Of a DNA stretch of 58,091 nt, positions 55,177-58,091 are shown piece after piece; within the stretch, counting starts at the first letter, position 1, and every line of letters starts with the position of its first letter. The stretch covers positions 1 to 58,091 of the forward strand of contig DBOL01000055.1 of NCBI GenBank assembly GCA_002299555.1, read 5' to 3'. Under the pieces are notes generated by a model. That model did no database searches. It was not told the DNA's origin and saw nothing but the letters and a program-made list of their open reading frames with translations. The stretch comes from Candidatus Aminicenantes bacterium UBA647 (GTDB taxonomy: Bacteria; Acidobacteriota; Aminicenantia; UBA2199). The translations under genes were made by a program, and so were the position numbers.

Positions 55177-55861
55177 ATATCCTGAAAATGTAGAAAAAAT
55201 CGTTGAAGACTATCTATCACGAGTAAGATCAAATATGAAAGGAGTACCCGAAATAGACAGGGATGATTTCATTAAGGAGATAGATTCACATATTTATGAA
55301 TCATTTACAGATGAAAAGAATGGTGATGAGGTGGGGAAAATACTAAAGGTTCTGAAAAAATTTGGTGAACCGGCAGACGTATTCACAAAAAGTGCCCCAA
55401 AGACAATGTACAAGATAGGTAAAGAGAAGAATATTCCTCTCTATATCCTTATTGGTGCTTTGATCGCCATATTCGGACTCCCGCTCGGTTTCGGTGGTCT
55501 GGGTGTCATTCTTGGAATTCTTGGAGTTCTACTTGGAATAGTGGTTGCCTATTATGCAGTGGCAGTAGGCTTTACATTGGGGGGACTCTCAGGAATACTT
55601 ATCAGTATAGTTCATATAGTTGATCCTGAATTTCTTGTAAATCTATCCGGTGAACCTGATATGATCAGAATTGGAGTTCTTGAATTTTCAAACCCCACCC
55701 TTGAGGGTGTCCTGGGAATCTTTATTTCATTCATATTGACTGCTTTAGGTATCTTCCTCCTCTATATGAGCAAGTACATCTTCAGAGGCCTCAGGACTAT
55801 CTGGGAATTATCCTCAAAGAAACTTAAAGAGATCTTAAAAAAAAATAAGAAAAGCAGCTAA
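55166..55861 (+). CDS. DUF1700/HAAS-type membrane protein
   Basis: DYL...D..KEI.SH.......FG.P helical N-terminal domain followed by TM helices; coupled to padR. Confidence 0.8.
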   Translation: MGNKYPENVEKIVEDYLSRVRSNMKGVPEIDRDDFIKEIDSHIYESFTDEKNGDEVGKILKVLKKFGEPADVFTKSAPKTMYKIGKEKNIPLYILIGALIAIFGLPLGFGGLGVILGILGVLLGIVVAYYAVAVGFTLGGLSGILISIVHIVDPEFLVNLSGEPDMIRIGVLEFSNPTLEGVLGIFISFILTALGIFLLYMSKYIFRGLRTIWELSSKKLKEILKKNKKSS

Positions 55862-55885
55862 TATCATAACTTTCAGATAAATGAC

Positions 55886-55911
55886 GGGCGGGCACTCCCC
55901 GCCCTTTTTTT
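55886..55911 (+). terminator. Rho-independent terminator
   Basis: GGGCGGG-cactc-CCCGCCC followed by T7. Confidence 0.85.
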
Positions 55912-55923
55912 CACTTTCAATGA

Positions 55924-56187
55924 TTATTTATTTTTATAAATAACAGAAAGGATAGTAACTGTTCCACAAGCAAGTAAACTGGCTGCCATTCCGGTCAACA
56001 GATACATATCATTCTGAAAATAGCCATGGAGGATCCCTGTGATCTGCAAAATTGAAAAGCCGGCAAAAGTAAGAGTTGACACCCCTTTTGCACTTTTGTT
56101 TTTTATAATCTTGGCAGCCTGAATTACAAAAAGTCCTGCATTTGCCATCAAGCCCATTCCGAAAATGACTGCAATTATATCTTTCAT
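55924..56187 (-). CDS. PQ-loop / SemiSWEET-like 3-TM protein
   Basis: IQAAKIIKNKSAKGVS matches the PQ-loop pattern, with IQ in place of PQ. Confidence 0.8.
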   Translation of the reverse strand: MKDIIAVIFGMGLMANAGLFVIQAAKIIKNKSAKGVSTLTFAGFSILQITGILHGYFQNDMYLLTGMAASLLACGTVTILSVIYKNK

Positions 56188-56213
56188 GTTATTTTTCCTT
56201 TATATATTTTTTA

Positions 56214-56630
56214 TTATTGATCTTCAGATAAAATCTTAACATAAACTTTTCTTGACCTTGGCCCGTCAAATTCACAAAAGAATATACCTTGCCAGGTGCC
56301 TAGTATTAACCTTCCGTTATCAAGGATAAAAGATTGAGACGGGGATATTAAAGATGACAATATATGGGAAGAAGAATTACCCTCCATATGCCTGAAGTAT
56401 GATTTATCCGGAACCATTTCTGAGAGAAACTTGATCATATCCGACTTTACAGACGGATCTGCATTCTCATTTATTGTTATTCCTGCAGTTGTATGGGGGG
56501 TATAAACAAGAACAATGCCATTTCCAATATCTGATTCTCCAACATATTTTTTGACAAGCCCCGAAATATCTTTCAATTCCATTGAAGCAACCGTGCTGAT
56601 CTCAAACATCTTCAGATATGATCTATTCAA
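56214..56630 (-). CDS. yjbQ: YjbQ/UPF0047 family protein
   Basis: PHTTAGITINENADPSV, HMEGNSSSH and LGTWQGIFFCEFDGPR. Confidence 0.95.
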   Translation of the reverse strand: MNRSYLKMFEISTVASMELKDISGLVKKYVGESDIGNGIVLVYTPHTTAGITINENADPSVKSDMIKFLSEMVPDKSYFRHMEGNSSSHILSSLISPSQSFILDNGRLILGTWQGIFFCEFDGPRSRKVYVKILSEDQ

Positions 56631-57192
56631 ATTCCAGTTCTCCGAAAACTTCTGCCTGAAACACCTCTAACTCAACTCCCTTTTTCCATTCATCACTTGA
56701 AAGTCCGGCTTTCATACATCCGTAGGATATATATTGATCAATGTCCCATTCCTGTTCAACGGGGACCTGGGGAAGAAGAAGTCCTCTGTTTCCGCCTTTG
56801 GAAATAATAATTCCATCAACCCCTATCCTGACATCTGCCGGATCTTTGATCTTTTCAGGAATTGTCAAAACCGAGATCTCAATATCAACTTCAGTCAACT
56901 CATCACTCTCAAGGGGAGGGAACCTTGGGTCTTCGAAAGCAGATGACAAAGCGTTCTCTTTAATTGCATTGAACAATGGACTTACCGGAAGAGGATATCC
57001 GATACATCCCCTCAAGTTTCCATTTTTATGCAACGTTACAAATACGCCCCTTTTTGCTTTGAATTTTCCTGAAATTGCTTCCTGAAGATCCTTTTTTCCG
57101 GTCTTTATATATCTTTCTATCGTCTTTCGGGCAATTCCGAGTAACTCTCTTCTCTCCTCAATGCTGAATTCACTTCTCAAATTAGTTTTCAT
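56623..57192 (-). CDS. AMMECR1-domain protein (AmmeMemoRadiSam protein A)
   Basis: GVFVTLH..G.LRGCIG, AFEDPRFPP, EISVLT, GLLLPQV and C.KAG; SD supports the start at 57192. Confidence 0.93.
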   Translation of the reverse strand: MKTNLRSEFSIEERRELLGIARKTIERYIKTGKKDLQEAISGKFKAKRGVFVTLHKNGNLRGCIGYPLPVSPLFNAIKENALSSAFEDPRFPPLESDELTEVDIEISVLTIPEKIKDPADVRIGVDGIIISKGGNRGLLLPQVPVEQEWDIDQYISYGCMKAGLSSDEWKKGVELEVFQAEVFGELEFE

Positions 57193-57538
57193 TAAAAACT
57201 CCTTCTCTGACGACAACTCTTTTCATCCGATCAGAATCGAAATAAGAGATCATGTATTTATCCATTTCCAGAGTTAGAATTAATTTTTCAAAAAAGCATC
57301 CCGCCTGAATATCAATATCTTCGGTCAGAAATACTCCTCCAAACTTCGAACCCCAAAGGTCATAAACATTAATCAGATCTTCATTATTTGGATCTTTATT
57401 AATATTTCCTCGGATAACATCTGTAATGAAAATATATCTGCCGATCCTTTCAGTTTTCAAAAAGCCCGACCCTGAATTTTCAGACAGGGCCAGGAATTTT
57501 AATTTCTCCAACGAATCATTCGCAAATAATATTTTCAT
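57182..57538 (-). CDS. Hypothetical protein
   Basis: 118-aa ORF filling the gap, overlapping the AMMECR1 start. Confidence 0.6.
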   Translation of the reverse strand: MKILFANDSLEKLKFLALSENSGSGFLKTERIGRYIFITDVIRGNINKDPNNEDLINVYDLWGSKFGGVFLTEDIDIQAGCFFEKLILTLEMDKYMISYFDSDRMKRVVVREGVFNEN

Positions 57539-57547
57539 AATTTTAAT

Positions 57548-58090
57548 TTATTCAGTACTCGCTGTCACCCGTTCAAGCTTCTTTATAATGAGGAACATAA
57601 ATGTTGCAGACATAAGGGATGTAACTACCAGAAGTGTATAGGTCTGCCAGAGTTCCAGTGCCGCATAAGGCTTTGCAACCTGTCCGGAAAGCATATTCCC
57701 GATCGCAGTAGCTGCGAGCCATCCACCCTGCATCATCCCCCTGAATTTCGGAGGTGAAACTTTTGCAACAAATGCAAGTCCCATAGGACTGATGAACAAT
57801 TCAGATACAGTAAGGGTGAAATACATGCCTATCAACCAGTATGGAGCAACAAGGAAAGGTGAGGTCCCCCCAATTCCCGCGAGAGATTTCGGGCTGATCA
57901 ATCCGAGTGAAGCAAGTATCATAATTATCCAACCTGCAGCCAGAAGCAGCATACCAATGCCAATCTTCTTCGGAGATGACGGTTCTTTGCCTCTTTTGTT
58001 AAGCCAGGCAAAAAAGGCCACTATCACAGGAGTAAGGAACACCACAAAGATTGGATTAAATGATTGGAACAACTCGGGAGATATTGGATT
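57548..58090 (-). CDS. POT/PTR family peptide MFS transporter, 5'-partial
   Basis: PELFQSFNP, K..IG and SELFISPMGL..V.K..P..F.G.M.G.W; frame open to the window edge. Confidence 0.93.
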   Translation of the reverse strand, partial: NPISPELFQSFNPIFVVFLTPVIVAFFAWLNKRGKEPSSPKKIGIGMLLLAAGWIIMILASLGLISPKSLAGIGGTSPFLVAPYWLIGMYFTLTVSELFISPMGLAFVAKVSPPKFRGMMQGGWLAATAIGNMLSGQVAKPYAALELWQTYTLLVVTSLMSATFMFLIIKKLERVTASTE

Positions 58091-58091
58091 T

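Noticed and set aside
776-57641. The many short overlapping ORFs in the six-frame track (e.g. 10536-10994, 14439-14810, 24249-24518, 42212-42631, 56741-57085)
   Set aside because: They are antisense or alternative-frame shadows of well-supported genes, with no SD or recognisable motifs.
1-58091. CRISPR arrays, rRNA, transposases, integrases, prophage
   Set aside because: No regularly spaced repeats, rRNA signatures or DDE/tyrosine/serine recombinase motifs were recognised.

Overview
A low-GC (about one third by eye, not computed), gene-dense chromosomal window from a diderm anaerobe. The gene content (6-bladed beta-propeller, DUF4412, VPS10/BNR protein, GldAFG/DUF4340, Oar-like outer-membrane protein) suggests Candidatus Aminicenantes / Acidobacteriota; this is an inference. 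Housekeeping genes are mraY (partial), tatA/C, ispF, der, parA/B, pgsA, comF, mtgA, two csp genes and tRNA-Arg(CCG). Many genes serve peptide or amino-acid use (OPT and POT transporters, M29 aminopeptidase, MA and M23 peptidases, KamA-like radical SAM, Kbl). No CRISPR array, rRNA or transposase was found. The strongest candidates for poorly described systems are: (1) a coupled pair of a TagF-like glycerophosphotransferase with a signal peptide/YLDPGTG/TM head and a YidC-membrane-sulfatase triple fusion, behind a structured leader; (2) an acetate ligase-ACP-Kbl mini-cluster; (3) a perfect 26-bp palindrome abutting the promoter of a non-origin parAB pair; (4) a candidate rod-shaped ncRNA behind an extended -10 promoter; (5) an SQR-DUF1641-TusE-DsrE sulfur-relay operon headed by a Cys-rich MerR regulator; (6) OPT plus a stand-alone PqqD/RRE protein; and (7) several promoters placed to give leaderless mRNAs. 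All family assignments come from motif recognition; no database search was run.
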